The notes under the pieces are model-generated. The model was not told the origin of the DNA and did no database searches. It worked only from the letters and a program-made list of their open reading frames with translations. This document shows, piece after piece, positions 36,867 through 46,205 of a stretch of 64,000 nucleotides of DNA (position 1 is the stretch's first letter; every line of letters starts with the position of its first letter). The DNA lies in the IMG/VR virus record IMGVR_UViG_3300009545_000018, positions 1-64,000 of that record; one strand, written 5' to 3'. The translations under genes were made by a program, and so were the position numbers.

Positions 36867-37100
36867 ATGACCAAAACTAATCGAACTTTTTTATCTAATG
36901 AAGAATTATCAATTCTAAATGCTTTAGCCTATAGAAAATCCATCCAAAATAATTGGTGGTGTCATTTCGTTAACTTCGATAAAATGTGTCCAAATGATGA
37001 ATTAGTTTGCCACATTTGTGATAATAAATTTGTATTTTGTAAAATACAAGAGCATGGCAAACAACATATTCATGAGTGTAATTTAAAAATTTTTATTTAA
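36867..37100 (+). CDS. KAFx-tail protein, C2H2-like class
   Basis: LNAL...WW...CHIC...HGKQH...NLKIFI. Confidence 0.75.
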   Translation: MTKTNRTFLSNEELSILNALAYRKSIQNNWWCHFVNFDKMCPNDELVCHICDNKFVFCKIQEHGKQHIHECNLKIFI

Positions 37101-37108
37101 AGTTTTAT

Positions 37109-37209
37109 GGAGTTTTCACCGGCGGCCAAAAAGAAAGATAGAAATATCCTAGCTACAAGTGAGTGTCACTGATCATGACTGAGTGGTGTAAACCCACTAG
37201 GCTCCACCA
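37109..37209 (+). ncRNA. non-canonical tRNA-like RNA (GAU loop, expanded D region)
   Basis: GGAGTTT/AGGCTCC acceptor stem plus ACCA, AGTGG-7nt-CCACT T-like arm, GTCA-CTGATCA-TGAC hairpin. Confidence 0.6.
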
Positions 37210-37217
37210 ATTTTACC

Positions 37218-37694
37218 ATGCTAAATTCATTAGAATATGATACTAATTTACCTCCATTTATTGAGGTAATAAATGAAAACATTGTCAGGAAACATGCTAG
37301 TGCTAGCAATGAAGATTTTCTTAAGATTAAATCTATAATTGAAAAATATATTGCTGAGCCATCAGAGCAAGTAGTAAATGTCTTATTCTTTCAAATAAAA
37401 GATACATTTAAGTTTTTTAATAAAACTTATGTTAATTACTGCTATGATATGAAACGTTTATATAAATTATCTGAAGAGGAAAGAGATATTATTCATTCTG
37501 CTTCAACAAATTTATGTTGCATGTGGGAAGATGATGTTCCATTAATTAAACTTGGAAAAGAAAAATATCCCAATTTAATTAAATTATTAAAAGAAATTAT
37601 TCATGATAATGAATATCATGATTTGCATTCTTATAATATCTTAAAAGACTCTGATGGCTCTTATAAAATTGTGGATCTGGAAGGCTTTGTTTAA
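37218..37694 (+). CDS. protein with kinase-like catalytic-loop motifs
   Basis: YHDLHSYNIL...KIVDLE (HxDxxxxN and DFG-like); N-lobe not recognisable. Confidence 0.55.
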   Translation: MLNSLEYDTNLPPFIEVINENIVRKHASASNEDFLKIKSIIEKYIAEPSEQVVNVLFFQIKDTFKFFNKTYVNYCYDMKRLYKLSEEERDIIHSASTNLCCMWEDDVPLIKLGKEKYPNLIKLLKEIIHDNEYHDLHSYNILKDSDGSYKIVDLEGFV

Positions 37695-38047
37695 TGGAAA
37701 AATGGCAGCATTTTCAATTAGATGAATCTAAATGTATCTGTCAAGGCGAGGGGTGGGCGATGTTTGAGGATTCTCTTGAAGAATGCCCTATTCATTTTGA
37801 TGGACAATTGCATCCCGATTCTAAAGCTCTATTATTAGATGATATAATCAATCTCCGAGAAGAAGAAAGAAAATCCAAAATTATTTGGAAGATCAAACAA
37901 AATTTAAAAAACATTTCTTGTCTCGAAAAAGAGATAACTGCCCTAAAATCTGAAAATATAAAATTATATAATGATATGTTGCATAAAGCAACCACTGTAA
38001 AAATGAAAGCTATAAAGATTGTAGATAAATTACTAGTAAATAAATAA
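37694..38047 (+). CDS. hypothetical protein (CxCxGxGW...CPxH plus coiled coil)
   Basis: TAATG coupling. Confidence 0.7.
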   Translation: MEKWQHFQLDESKCICQGEGWAMFEDSLEECPIHFDGQLHPDSKALLLDDIINLREEERKSKIIWKIKQNLKNISCLEKEITALKSENIKLYNDMLHKATTVKMKAIKIVDKLLVNK

Positions 38048-38054
38048 TAAGGCT

Positions 38055-38069
38055 CCCATCATGTAACGG
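38055..38069 (+). promoter_or_regulatory. CCCATC-N3-TAACGG motif
   Basis: CCCATCATGTAACGG. Confidence 0.8.
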
Positions 38070-38098
38070 CAGCAACATCCTTTATTTAAGGTAAACAA

Positions 38099-38314
38099 AT
38101 GTCATTTGAAGAAATTACTAATAATGAATTGGTTATTAATCTGACCCCAATAGATTTATTAATTCATGCTCGTCATTTATATTTATCTGCAGCTAAAGAT
38201 TTATTAAAGAGCCCTGCTCAAGGTGATATGAATCTTGGTTTACAATGCGCTCAAACTGTTGAATCCTTACAGCAAGCAATTGATATTGAACTTTTGCCAT
38301 ATGAAAACTCATAA
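38099..38314 (+). CDS. paralog of 1813..2055
   Basis: HARHLYLSAAKDLLK. Confidence 0.75.
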   Translation: MSFEEITNNELVINLTPIDLLIHARHLYLSAAKDLLKSPAQGDMNLGLQCAQTVESLQQAIDIELLPYENS

Positions 38315-38480
38315 TATTGATAATTTTTCTCAGCAAGAAATAGAAGAAACTTTACAAAGCCTTGTTAAAAAAGGATGCATAAAAGCTATAGATAATAATG
38401 GAGAAATTACCTATGAGCTAACAGATATCGGAGAGGCTTTTATTAATCATTCTGATTCAGATCCATCTACTCAAAATTAA
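38301..38480 (+). CDS. wHTH-like fragment
   Basis: LQSLVKKGCI...YELTDIG. Confidence 0.55.
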   Translation: MKTHNIDNFSQQEIEETLQSLVKKGCIKAIDNNGEITYELTDIGEAFINHSDSDPSTQN

Positions 38481-38489
38481 AACTTAAAT

Positions 38490-38900
38490 CTTAGGTTCTT
38501 TACTATAAGTAAGATATCAATTATAGTAAGTGGTGATTTAGCTAATTGCCATAGTTTATTAATTAGTTTCTAATTAATAATTAGCTTAAGCGGGTTCCAA
38601 TAACTGTATCAATTGGAGGCGCTGGAATTCCGTCTTATAATATCCATAGTTTTTTCGTCGTCTTGTTGTCTAGATAAAAACAAGCTTCTTTAGCTCCGTC
38701 TCTAAGAGCGAATCTAATCTAAGAGGGTATTTGTACTATAGTTATACCAAACCTAAATCAATAGAGGCTCTGTCTTGCCAAACCGACAGCAACATAATTA
38801 CTACTTATCTGTTGTAAAATAGTTAATTCTCGTTCTATGATTAAGTTGCAACTAAATCATTTAATCTGAGTTATAAGTAGAAATTTTATCCCACTTTAAT
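38490..38900. ncRNA. candidate large structured RNA (intergenic, ~410 nt)
   Basis: No ORF in the track; nested inverted repeats TTAGGTT/AACCTAA, TTACTATAA/TTATAGTAA, AGCTAATT/AATTAGCT, TCCAAT/ATTGGA, CTTGTT/AACAAG. Confidence 0.45.
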
Positions 38901-38910
38901 GTGAGGTTTT

Positions 38911-39165
38911 ATGAAAGATGATGACAAAAATCTATCTATAGAAGAAGTTGATGCATTAATTTTTCTTTCGAAGAAAAACATTTCTTCTTTATCAAAAGAA
39001 CATGCAAATGTAGTAAATAATAGATTTTGGGCAACCACTGTTTCTGCTAGTGATTTTTATTGTTTTATTTGTAATAAAGATATTAAATATACAAATAAAG
39101 ATCTGCGCTTTCCAGCTGCACAGCATGGCAGAGAGCATCTTAAAGATATAAAAGCGTTCTTATGA
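38911..39165 (+). CDS. KAFx-tail protein, C2H2-like class
   Basis: CFIC...HGREH...DIKAFL. Confidence 0.75.
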   Translation: MKDDDKNLSIEEVDALIFLSKKNISSLSKEHANVVNNRFWATTVSASDFYCFICNKDIKYTNKDLRFPAAQHGREHLKDIKAFL

Positions 39166-39410
39166 TTTCTAATGAAGAATTAAAGGCTTTAAATTTATTA
39201 GTAGTACATAATAAATCTACACCTCCTGAATATAAAGTTTTTGCATCTAATACTGGTGCCTGCGCTACAATATTAAACTACGATGATTTAAATAAATGTG
39301 AAATTATTTGTCTTGTTTGTTTAACCTCATTTATAATTGATCCATCAGATCAATCTGAATGGCAGAAACATCTTTTAAGTCATTTAAATAAAATTAAAGC
39401 TTTTATATGA
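39162..39410 (+). CDS. KAFx-tail protein, C2H2-like class
   Basis: ALNLL...CLVC...HLLSH...KIKAFI. Confidence 0.75.
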   Translation: MISNEELKALNLLVVHNKSTPPEYKVFASNTGACATILNYDDLNKCEIICLVCLTSFIIDPSDQSEWQKHLLSHLNKIKAFI

Positions 39411-39745
39411 AATATTTAGAATTAGCTGCTCGGATTGCGCAAGGTGCCGCCTGGCATGAAAAACATTTTTTATTGGGAGCTGTTGCTATTCGTAACGACG
39501 GAGCTATAGTAACAGCAACAAATATCAGAACTCAGAACCGTGAACATTCGGCTCATGCTGAATTTAGATGCCTCCGCAAATCAGGTTCAGGTTCTGTACT
39601 TTATGTGGCACGTATTGATCGTTTTGGCGAATGGGCTATGGCTAAACCATGTGAACTTTGTCAATCTCTTATTAAAAATAAGAGAGTAAAAAAAGTTTTT
39701 TATACCATCTCTCCAAAAGAATTTGGCGTAATGGAATTATATTAA
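39407..39745 (+). CDS. zinc-dependent nucleoside/nucleotide deaminase (CDA superfamily)
   Basis: HAE and PCxxC motifs. Confidence 0.85.
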   Translation: MKYLELAARIAQGAAWHEKHFLLGAVAIRNDGAIVTATNIRTQNREHSAHAEFRCLRKSGSGSVLYVARIDRFGEWAMAKPCELCQSLIKNKRVKKVFYTISPKEFGVMELY

Positions 39746-39757
39746 TTAGGAGTTTGT

Positions 39758-40039
39758 ATGTCATTAGAAAGTGAATTTCAAAAAGTATATGAAGATAACA
39801 TAATTTTAATTAGAGCTAAAGTTGCCCAAGCTTCAAAGATTCTAAACGAAGCTATTTCAATCGCTGAGGAGCATGGTATTCCATTTGACTCTAACATATC
39901 AGAGATTGGTCAACAATATACCCCAGAATCTTTTCATAAAAAGTGGAACTCTTTAGATGATGAGAAGCTGGCTGAGCTTGGACTTTATATCTATGTTAGC
40001 GAATATAATACTGGCTGGGAAAACAGCGCAATATGTTGA
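39758..40039 (+). CDS. WxSSxxxC-tail family protein
   Basis: MSLESEF...GWENSAIC; AGGAG SD. Confidence 0.75.
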   Translation: MSLESEFQKVYEDNIILIRAKVAQASKILNEAISIAEEHGIPFDSNISEIGQQYTPESFHKKWNSLDDEKLAELGLYIYVSEYNTGWENSAIC

Positions 40040-40046
40040 GTCTATT

Positions 40047-40277
40047 ATGTCTAATTTAAATTCAGAATTCGAAGCAATACAAGAAACAATTACAGAAAAA
40101 ATAAGAAGTGCACAAAAACTCTTAGCAGAAGCCTCCAAATTAGCAACTGAAAACAGAATATCAGTTGATAAGGGTGATGCAAATAATCTTATGGATTTAG
40201 TTAATGATCTTCCTGTTTATGATTGGGAAGAATCAGAATATGAAGATTCTTGGTCTAGTTCAACATTGAGTTGTTAA
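40047..40277 (+). CDS. WxSSxxxC-tail family protein
   Basis: MSNLNSEF...SWSSSTLSC. Confidence 0.7.
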   Translation: MSNLNSEFEAIQETITEKIRSAQKLLAEASKLATENRISVDKGDANNLMDLVNDLPVYDWEESEYEDSWSSSTLSC

Positions 40278-40278
40278 T

Positions 40279-41190
40279 ATGATATTAATTGGAAGTAGAG
40301 CTTTAAAACTTCGGGCAGGTTCTTTATTTGTAAGACAAATAAGAGACTTTGACTTTGTCTGTACTGAAGATGAAGTTATGAACTGGCTAAGCAAAAACTT
40401 ATCCAAGTTTAAAGAATTTAAAGCTTATTCATTAGAAGGCAAGCACGATAAGTATATCGTTGAGGGAGATTCTATTTGCGAATTTGAATTGGTTAAACCA
40501 AATACTAGCACTGAACTATTAGTTAAATTGGTGGAGTCTGATCCGGATACCATTGAAACTTCCTTTGGTTTACTGCCCAGTTTAGATATGCTATTCACAA
40601 TTAAATCTTCCCATAAGCACTTGAAGAATAGCCCGCATTTTTGGAAGAACCTGAGTGACTATCACTTTATGAAACGATTGGGAGCGAAGGTTCGACCGGA
40701 ATGGCAAAGCTTTTTAAAGATGCGCGAACGCGAAACCTATAATTATTTGCATCCTAAACTTAATCAAAGCAAGAAAGACTTCTTTTCTGATGACGGTTTG
40801 ACCTATACTTTTGATCACGATACGATTCATATGGCTGTAAAGCTTTATGATAAGCCGGCTTATTCTTATTTTAAGAAAGATGATGCCGAAGTAGAGACTA
40901 GTAAAGAAAAATTTCTTGCATGTTCTCATGATATTCAAATTGCTTCTGTATTAGAAGAATCAGCAGTTTTAGCTATTGAGCGTTCATTGGTGCCACACCC
41001 AGATATTCTAACTCCAGAACAAGCTTGGCGCTTTGCCTTTTCGAAAATATGCAGCAGCATCGCTTCCGGATGGTGGAGGGATTTTGCTTATGAAAATGCT
41101 CCAGAAATTGTATCCAAATATCCAAAAGATTACTTTGAAAAGTTTCAACAAGGACTTTCTAGTGGCTTAGTGAAGCCTCATCTAAGCTAA
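40279..41190 (+). CDS. putative nucleotidyltransferase-fold phage protein
   Basis: LIGSRAL...RDFDF (GS...DxD); C-terminal FDHD.IH and EE..V.A.ER. Confidence 0.6.
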   Translation: MILIGSRALKLRAGSLFVRQIRDFDFVCTEDEVMNWLSKNLSKFKEFKAYSLEGKHDKYIVEGDSICEFELVKPNTSTELLVKLVESDPDTIETSFGLLPSLDMLFTIKSSHKHLKNSPHFWKNLSDYHFMKRLGAKVRPEWQSFLKMRERETYNYLHPKLNQSKKDFFSDDGLTYTFDHDTIHMAVKLYDKPAYSYFKKDDAEVETSKEKFLACSHDIQIASVLEESAVLAIERSLVPHPDILTPEQAWRFAFSKICSSIASGWWRDFAYENAPEIVSKYPKDYFEKFQQGLSSGLVKPHLS

Positions 41191-41450
41191 TGATTTGTCC
41201 AAGTTGTTTTGAACAATTAAAAAAATATACATCAACATCATTAAGTCTTTATTATCAATATTGTGATAGCGCTATTTGTAAACAAAATAGTTTCAGTATA
41301 CAATTTTGGGATAAAAATAATCTTAATATTTTAAAAAATGGAAATGTTATATATTCAAAGCAATTTGGAAAAACAGATCTAAATTATAATTTAGACAGTA
41401 AAATTCTAATTAATTTATATAAAATACTAAATAACAAAGCTTTTCTTTAA
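41190..41450 (+). CDS. KAFx-tail protein, CPxC class
   Basis: MICPSCF...LNNKAFL. Confidence 0.75.
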   Translation: MICPSCFEQLKKYTSTSLSLYYQYCDSAICKQNSFSIQFWDKNNLNILKNGNVIYSKQFGKTDLNYNLDSKILINLYKILNNKAFL

Positions 41451-41451
41451 A

Positions 41452-41736
41452 ATGCTCTGTCCAATTTGTTTTCAAAAATGCAGCAAAGTACCAAATGAAT
41501 ATGGTATAAATATAATGTATGATTATTATTGCTATGGTGATAGTCATATAGATGGATCACTCATTGAGTTTGATAATGAAAATAATTTTGTAGTTAAAAA
41601 ATACAACTTAAATAAAATGTATTTTGAAAATACATACCGTATGGAAAATGGTATAGGTAACGGCACTATAACTAAAGAAGTTGAATTAATCATTTCTAAT
41701 TTGACAAAGATTTTTAAATGCAAAGGTTTTATATAA
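41452..41736 (+). CDS. KAFx-tail protein, CPxC class
   Basis: MLCPICF...FKCKGFI. Confidence 0.75.
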   Translation: MLCPICFQKCSKVPNEYGINIMYDYYCYGDSHIDGSLIEFDNENNFVVKKYNLNKMYFENTYRMENGIGNGTITKEVELIISNLTKIFKCKGFI

Positions 41737-41737
41737 G

Positions 41738-42430
41738 ATGTTAAATTTAATTGCTATGATACTTGTGATCTGTTTACTTCTAGTAGATATATTTCTAGTC
41801 GAATTAGAAAACTTTGGATGGATTACTCTTTCGATAATTTTTACTGGTGTAATTATTTGTGATTTCAAGTTATGGGGGATTCCATATTGGATAGCAGCAA
41901 ATCTAAAGTTATGTATTGGATTTTTTGTCCTTTACTTTGTAGTCGGCGTGCTTTGGTCCTTTATCAAATGGTATTCTTATTTAATTAATTATCGAGATCA
42001 ATTCGCAACAATTAAAGATAATTTTATTTTTAATAAAAGGAATCTTATTGAAAGTCAATATGAGTGGGCGTCTGCCAATCACATTGAAATTAATAATAAA
42101 ATAGTTTCAAAAGAAGTCTTGCCTTTTGATTTCTATGCGCATCATAATATATTGGATAACTATTATGCTCAAGTAAAAGATGGTAAAAAAATCTATAATG
42201 CTTTCGTTGAATCCGAAGTAGAGTATAAAGAGTTTTATAAGCCTGTAGCAGCTAGTAATAAAGGAAGAATTGTGGCTTGGATCTGCTATTGGCCATGGAG
42301 TTTGGTTGCCACCATTGTTAATGATCCCATTCGTCGTTTAGTAGAATGGATCTTCCGATTCTTAAAAGAAACCTATCAAAAAATGTCAGATAAAATATTT
42401 GCTGATTTTCCAGATAAAAAACGTTATTAA
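41738..42430 (+). CDS. multi-pass membrane protein
   Basis: Several TM segments; WSFIKW and WICYWPWS motifs. Confidence 0.8.
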   Translation: MLNLIAMILVICLLLVDIFLVELENFGWITLSIIFTGVIICDFKLWGIPYWIAANLKLCIGFFVLYFVVGVLWSFIKWYSYLINYRDQFATIKDNFIFNKRNLIESQYEWASANHIEINNKIVSKEVLPFDFYAHHNILDNYYAQVKDGKKIYNAFVESEVEYKEFYKPVAASNKGRIVAWICYWPWSLVATIVNDPIRRLVEWIFRFLKETYQKMSDKIFADFPDKKRY

Positions 42431-42675
42431 TGATTTGTCCCATTTGTTTTCAAGAATTAAGACTATATAAAGGTGTACCTGATTCAAAGGTATGTATCAA
42501 TCACGATATATGGTTTTCTTTTAAGAGTAAAAACAAATATCGCCTTATAAAAGGAGATACATTAACAATTGAATATGAAGTAGATAAGGGATCTATTATT
42601 ATAAATAATGGAACTATACCTGCCGAAGTATTAAATAATTTAGATAAAATTTTAAAACAAAAAGCATTTATATAA
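42430..42675 (+). CDS. KAFx-tail protein, CPxC class
   Basis: MICPICF...LKQKAFI. Confidence 0.75.
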   Translation: MICPICFQELRLYKGVPDSKVCINHDIWFSFKSKNKYRLIKGDTLTIEYEVDKGSIIINNGTIPAEVLNNLDKILKQKAFI

Positions 42676-42918
42676 ATGATTTGTTTTCAAGAGTTAGGAT
42701 CGTATCAATACGTACCTAATTCAAAGATATGTGGTAATCATAATTTTACCTTCTGTTTTGTTAATATTAATAACTATTATTTTATGGCAAATCATGGATC
42801 AACCGCAGGATGTGTATATGAAGTAAAAAATGGTAAAGTCACACATCATGATGGTAGTATATCTTCTTCAATATTAGAGAACTTAAACAGGATTTTAAGT
42901 CAGAAAATATTTATTTAA
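42676..42918 (+). CDS. KAFx-tail protein (tandem paralog lacking the first CPI)
   Basis: MICFQEL...LSQKIFI. Confidence 0.7.
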   Translation: MICFQELGSYQYVPNSKICGNHNFTFCFVNINNYYFMANHGSTAGCVYEVKNGKVTHHDGSISSSILENLNRILSQKIFI

Positions 42919-43200
42919 ATGACTTTTGAAAAAATTATAATTGAAATAAAAAGAATTCATAGCATATCAACTAATAAAGATAGCAGTATTTTTATTACAT
43001 ATAAAGGCACCAGTGGTGGAGTTACTAAACCATGGAATATTAAAATTGATACCAAAGAAGCGGATGGCACCTCTGAAATAGAGGCTGCCTTAAATCTTTT
43101 TAATATAGTAAAAGATGATTTATCTGAACGAATTAAGTTTATGGAAAATCAAGCCCGTCAATTAAAAGAAGCATTGAATAATAGTTCTAAGGCAAATTAA
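42919..43200 (+). CDS. hypothetical protein
   Basis: 93-aa ORF. Confidence 0.7.
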   Translation: MTFEKIIIEIKRIHSISTNKDSSIFITYKGTSGGVTKPWNIKIDTKEADGTSEIEAALNLFNIVKDDLSERIKFMENQARQLKEALNNSSKAN

Positions 43201-43454
43201 TGTGTGATGAATGTGAAGAATTTACGACCGGAGTTAACACAACCAGTCATTATAATTTTACAGTTGTTCACAGATTAAACAAAAATAAATCACACTTTCA
43301 TTGCCTATCTGGTCCAGCTATCATATATTATGACAACAATCAAATTACCACTAGAAAGTGGTATATTAATGGTAGTTATGTTCTTGTTTCTTCTCAAGAA
43401 GAATTTGAAAATAGTAAAGAATACAGAGAGTGGAAGCTAAAGGCTTTTAAATAA
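43200..43454 (+). CDS. KAFx-tail protein, HxxxGPA-repeat class
   Basis: HCLSGPA...WYING...SQEEFE...WKLKAFK. Confidence 0.8.
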   Translation: MCDECEEFTTGVNTTSHYNFTVVHRLNKNKSHFHCLSGPAIIYYDNNQITTRKWYINGSYVLVSSQEEFENSKEYREWKLKAFK

Positions 43455-43730
43455 ATGTGTAATGAGTGTGTTGAAACTAAAATAAACGTTACAATATTAT
43501 TTCCTAATAATATTCAGGATTATGATACTGTAATAAATTATCATCATATTAATAAAAATAAAATACATTGGCATTGTTTATCGGGTCCTGCCCGAATCTT
43601 TTTAAAGAACAATTCAATAGTTGGTAGAGATTGGTATATTGATGGTAAACTTGTTTTAACAGACTCTTGTCAAGAAGAATTTGAAAAGACTACACAATAT
43701 AGAGAGTGGAAGTTAAAAGTTTTTAAATGA
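43455..43730 (+). CDS. KAFx-tail protein, HxxxGPA-repeat class
   Basis: HCLSGPA...WYIDG...WKLKVFK. Confidence 0.8.
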   Translation: MCNECVETKINVTILFPNNIQDYDTVINYHHINKNKIHWHCLSGPARIFLKNNSIVGRDWYIDGKLVLTDSCQEEFEKTTQYREWKLKVFK

Positions 43731-44062
43731 GTTCCAACAGAAATTTATACTCCGTTACAGATCAATATAGAACTACTTGGTATGATGGAGACATGCTTCA
43801 TCGAGAAGATGGTCCTGCTATTATTAATACTGATGGTTCCAAACTTTGGTATTATAATGATCATTTACATAGGAATGATGGTCCTGCCTCAACACATCCT
43901 GATGGTGATGAAATGTGGTTTACTCATGGCAAACTACATAGGCTAGATGGTCCTGCTGTCATTTTTGGTGGAATTAAAGAATGGTGGATTAATGATGAAC
44001 AAATTAACTGTTCCTCTCAAGAAGAGTTTGAGAAAATTTTAAAACTAAAAATATTTTGGTAA
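43727..44062 (+). CDS. KAFx-tail protein with three HRxDGPA repeats
   Basis: LHREDGPA, LHRNDGPA, LHRLDGPA; SQEEFEKILKLKIFW. Confidence 0.85.
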   Translation: MSSNRNLYSVTDQYRTTWYDGDMLHREDGPAIINTDGSKLWYYNDHLHRNDGPASTHPDGDEMWFTHGKLHRLDGPAVIFGGIKEWWINDEQINCSSQEEFEKILKLKIFW

Positions 44063-44082
44063 GTAAAAGAAAGAGCATCATC

Positions 44083-45183
44083 ATGGGAGATTGGGCACCA
44101 CAAGTAGTTAAAATAGAAAAAGTTGTTAATCATCCTAATGCCGATGCATTAGATATAGCAACAGTACTAGGAGATTATCCTGTTATTGTTAAACGCAATG
44201 AATATAAAATAGATGATCTGGCATGTTATTTACCAATAGATTCAATCGTTCAAGATACAGATCAATTTTATTTTCTATGCCCCAAAGCATATGAAAAATA
44301 TGAAGATGATAAAGGGAACATTCAACAGCGACAAATGGGTCCCAAATACTCAATTGGGTCGGTTCCAGAGAAGTATCGTATTCTTAAAGCTAAGAAGATT
44401 CGTAACGTGTATAGTCAGGGCATGTTAGTACCATTAACTAATCAAAGTAATCTACAAATTGGTGACTCTGTAATAGCCTTATTAGGGCTGAAAAAATGGG
44501 AAGAGGAAGAGGAAGATAATATTCCTAACGCTAAAAAGTCTAAAGGAGCGAATGCAGCTCCAGCACCTAAGGGATGGTCTATTCCATTCTATGATATTGA
44601 AGGGCTCCGTAAGTATATTGCTTGCTTAAATGCTGATGAAGAAATTGTTTTAACAGAAAAAATTCATGGTAGCAATGCTGCTTTCTGTCATGATGGTGAG
44701 AAGTTATGGGTTAAATCTAGAAATTTCTATAAGAAGATGGATGAAGATGATCCATGGTGGGACATAGCCATTCGTTATGATTTAGTTAATAAACTATCTC
44801 AATTCCCTATGAAAATCTTTTTTGGAGAATTATATGGAAATAATAAAGGGTTTCGTTATGATTGTGAGTTAATTAATGGTGCCATGCACTCTAAGATTAA
44901 ATTCTTTGATGTATGTGATGCTAAGACCGGTCTGTACTTAGATTATGACGATTTTGTTTCTATTGTTAAATCTGCGGGATTAGAAGCGGTTCCCGAATTA
45001 TATCGTGGAGTTTGGAAAGGTAAAGAGGAAATGTATCCTTATGCTGAAGGATTAACTACTCTGGGCGGCAAACATGTTAGGGAAGGTTTCGTATTACGTA
45101 CCACCAAAGAGCATTTTGAGCCTAAACTTAATTCCCGTATGGTTATAAAATTAGTTGGAGAAGGATACAATTTAGTTAAATAA
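44083..45183 (+). CDS. RNA ligase, DRB0094/Rnl2-like
   Basis: N-terminal HPNADAL OB module; TEKIHGSN, FGE, FFD, REGFV and terminal K motifs. Confidence 0.85.
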   Translation: MGDWAPQVVKIEKVVNHPNADALDIATVLGDYPVIVKRNEYKIDDLACYLPIDSIVQDTDQFYFLCPKAYEKYEDDKGNIQQRQMGPKYSIGSVPEKYRILKAKKIRNVYSQGMLVPLTNQSNLQIGDSVIALLGLKKWEEEEEDNIPNAKKSKGANAAPAPKGWSIPFYDIEGLRKYIACLNADEEIVLTEKIHGSNAAFCHDGEKLWVKSRNFYKKMDEDDPWWDIAIRYDLVNKLSQFPMKIFFGELYGNNKGFRYDCELINGAMHSKIKFFDVCDAKTGLYLDYDDFVSIVKSAGLEAVPELYRGVWKGKEEMYPYAEGLTTLGGKHVREGFVLRTTKEHFEPKLNSRMVIKLVGEGYNLVK

Positions 45184-45209
45184 TAAATTTAGATGAAAAG
45201 GTTTTATAA

Positions 45210-45557
45210 ATGAATTTAATTATTACTAAATGTTTAGATAGACTAAAATTAGTTACGTTTATTAGACATAAGTTAACTAGATATACAATTCTTCCAAAAG
45301 AGGCTTTTTATATAGCAGATCATTTGCCATACATAAAAGAATGTTTATGGAGAGATGAAGCCGATCATTTGGCTAATGAATTAAATGGCATTGCCGAATT
45401 TACTATTGAACTTACTCAAGAAGAAATTAATCATAAATTGCAAGAAGATTTTTTAAATAAAAAATATACTGAAGCTCAGGAATTTTATGATTCCTTATCA
45501 AAAGAAGACCAAGAAAAAATAGATTTATTAATACAAAGAAATCAGCCAATAGGGTAA
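45210..45557 (+). CDS. hypothetical protein
   Basis: 115-aa ORF. Confidence 0.7.
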   Translation: MNLIITKCLDRLKLVTFIRHKLTRYTILPKEAFYIADHLPYIKECLWRDEADHLANELNGIAEFTIELTQEEINHKLQEDFLNKKYTEAQEFYDSLSKEDQEKIDLLIQRNQPIG

Positions 45558-45564
45558 TCTTAAT

Positions 45565-45579
45565 CCCATCGACTAACGG
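45565..45579 (+). promoter_or_regulatory. CCCATC-N3-TAACGG motif
   Basis: ATG 32 nt on. Confidence 0.8.
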
Positions 45580-45596
45580 CAGGGATCCTTTTAACA

Positions 45597-46106
45597 ATGG
45601 AAATCGAAGAACTAATTAAGCAGTTACCAGACCACTGGGAAATGTGGACTGCTGAAGAGTGTAAAAACATCTGGTCAGATAGTTGTAGAGAATATGATAA
45701 GCCTATCTTTCTTCGTAAAGATGGATTGGCTCGTATTTATTTTTGTAGCCAACCCAGTACTGATTGTGTCTTTTCAATTGCTTTTGACTATCATTACGAT
45801 GGGGAGTGTCGCGGCACTTTAGAAGAAGCTATTAGATATTCTGATTGGTATGTAGAAGCTTTCCCATTACAATTTAATACATGTGTAAACTGCACCAAGA
45901 AAGCAGTTTGGTATTATGAACCGGTTTCGGAGGGCTCACTTAACAATAAATATTATTGTGATGATTGTGTTCCCACCAGAGGTTGTAACTGTAATATTGA
46001 TTCTGATGGTCATGAAGAACTACAAGAAGTTAATGGTATTTTAAAATCATTTCCATGTTGTGAGTACCGATATGACATTTATGGTTTTCCTGTAAATGAA
46101 AATTAA
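45597..46106 (+). CDS. Cys-rich hypothetical protein
   Basis: CxxC...AVWYY...CDDCV..RGC.C...PCCEY. Confidence 0.75.
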   Translation: MEIEELIKQLPDHWEMWTAEECKNIWSDSCREYDKPIFLRKDGLARIYFCSQPSTDCVFSIAFDYHYDGECRGTLEEAIRYSDWYVEAFPLQFNTCVNCTKKAVWYYEPVSEGSLNNKYYCDDCVPTRGCNCNIDSDGHEELQEVNGILKSFPCCEYRYDIYGFPVNEN

Positions 46107-46205
46107 TTATAAATAATTATTTTGACCTTGTCTTCAATTTTAAAAAATGCATGTTATATTTATAAGCGAGGGGAAATATACCAATTTAAAACAAGGAGAA
46201 AAATT

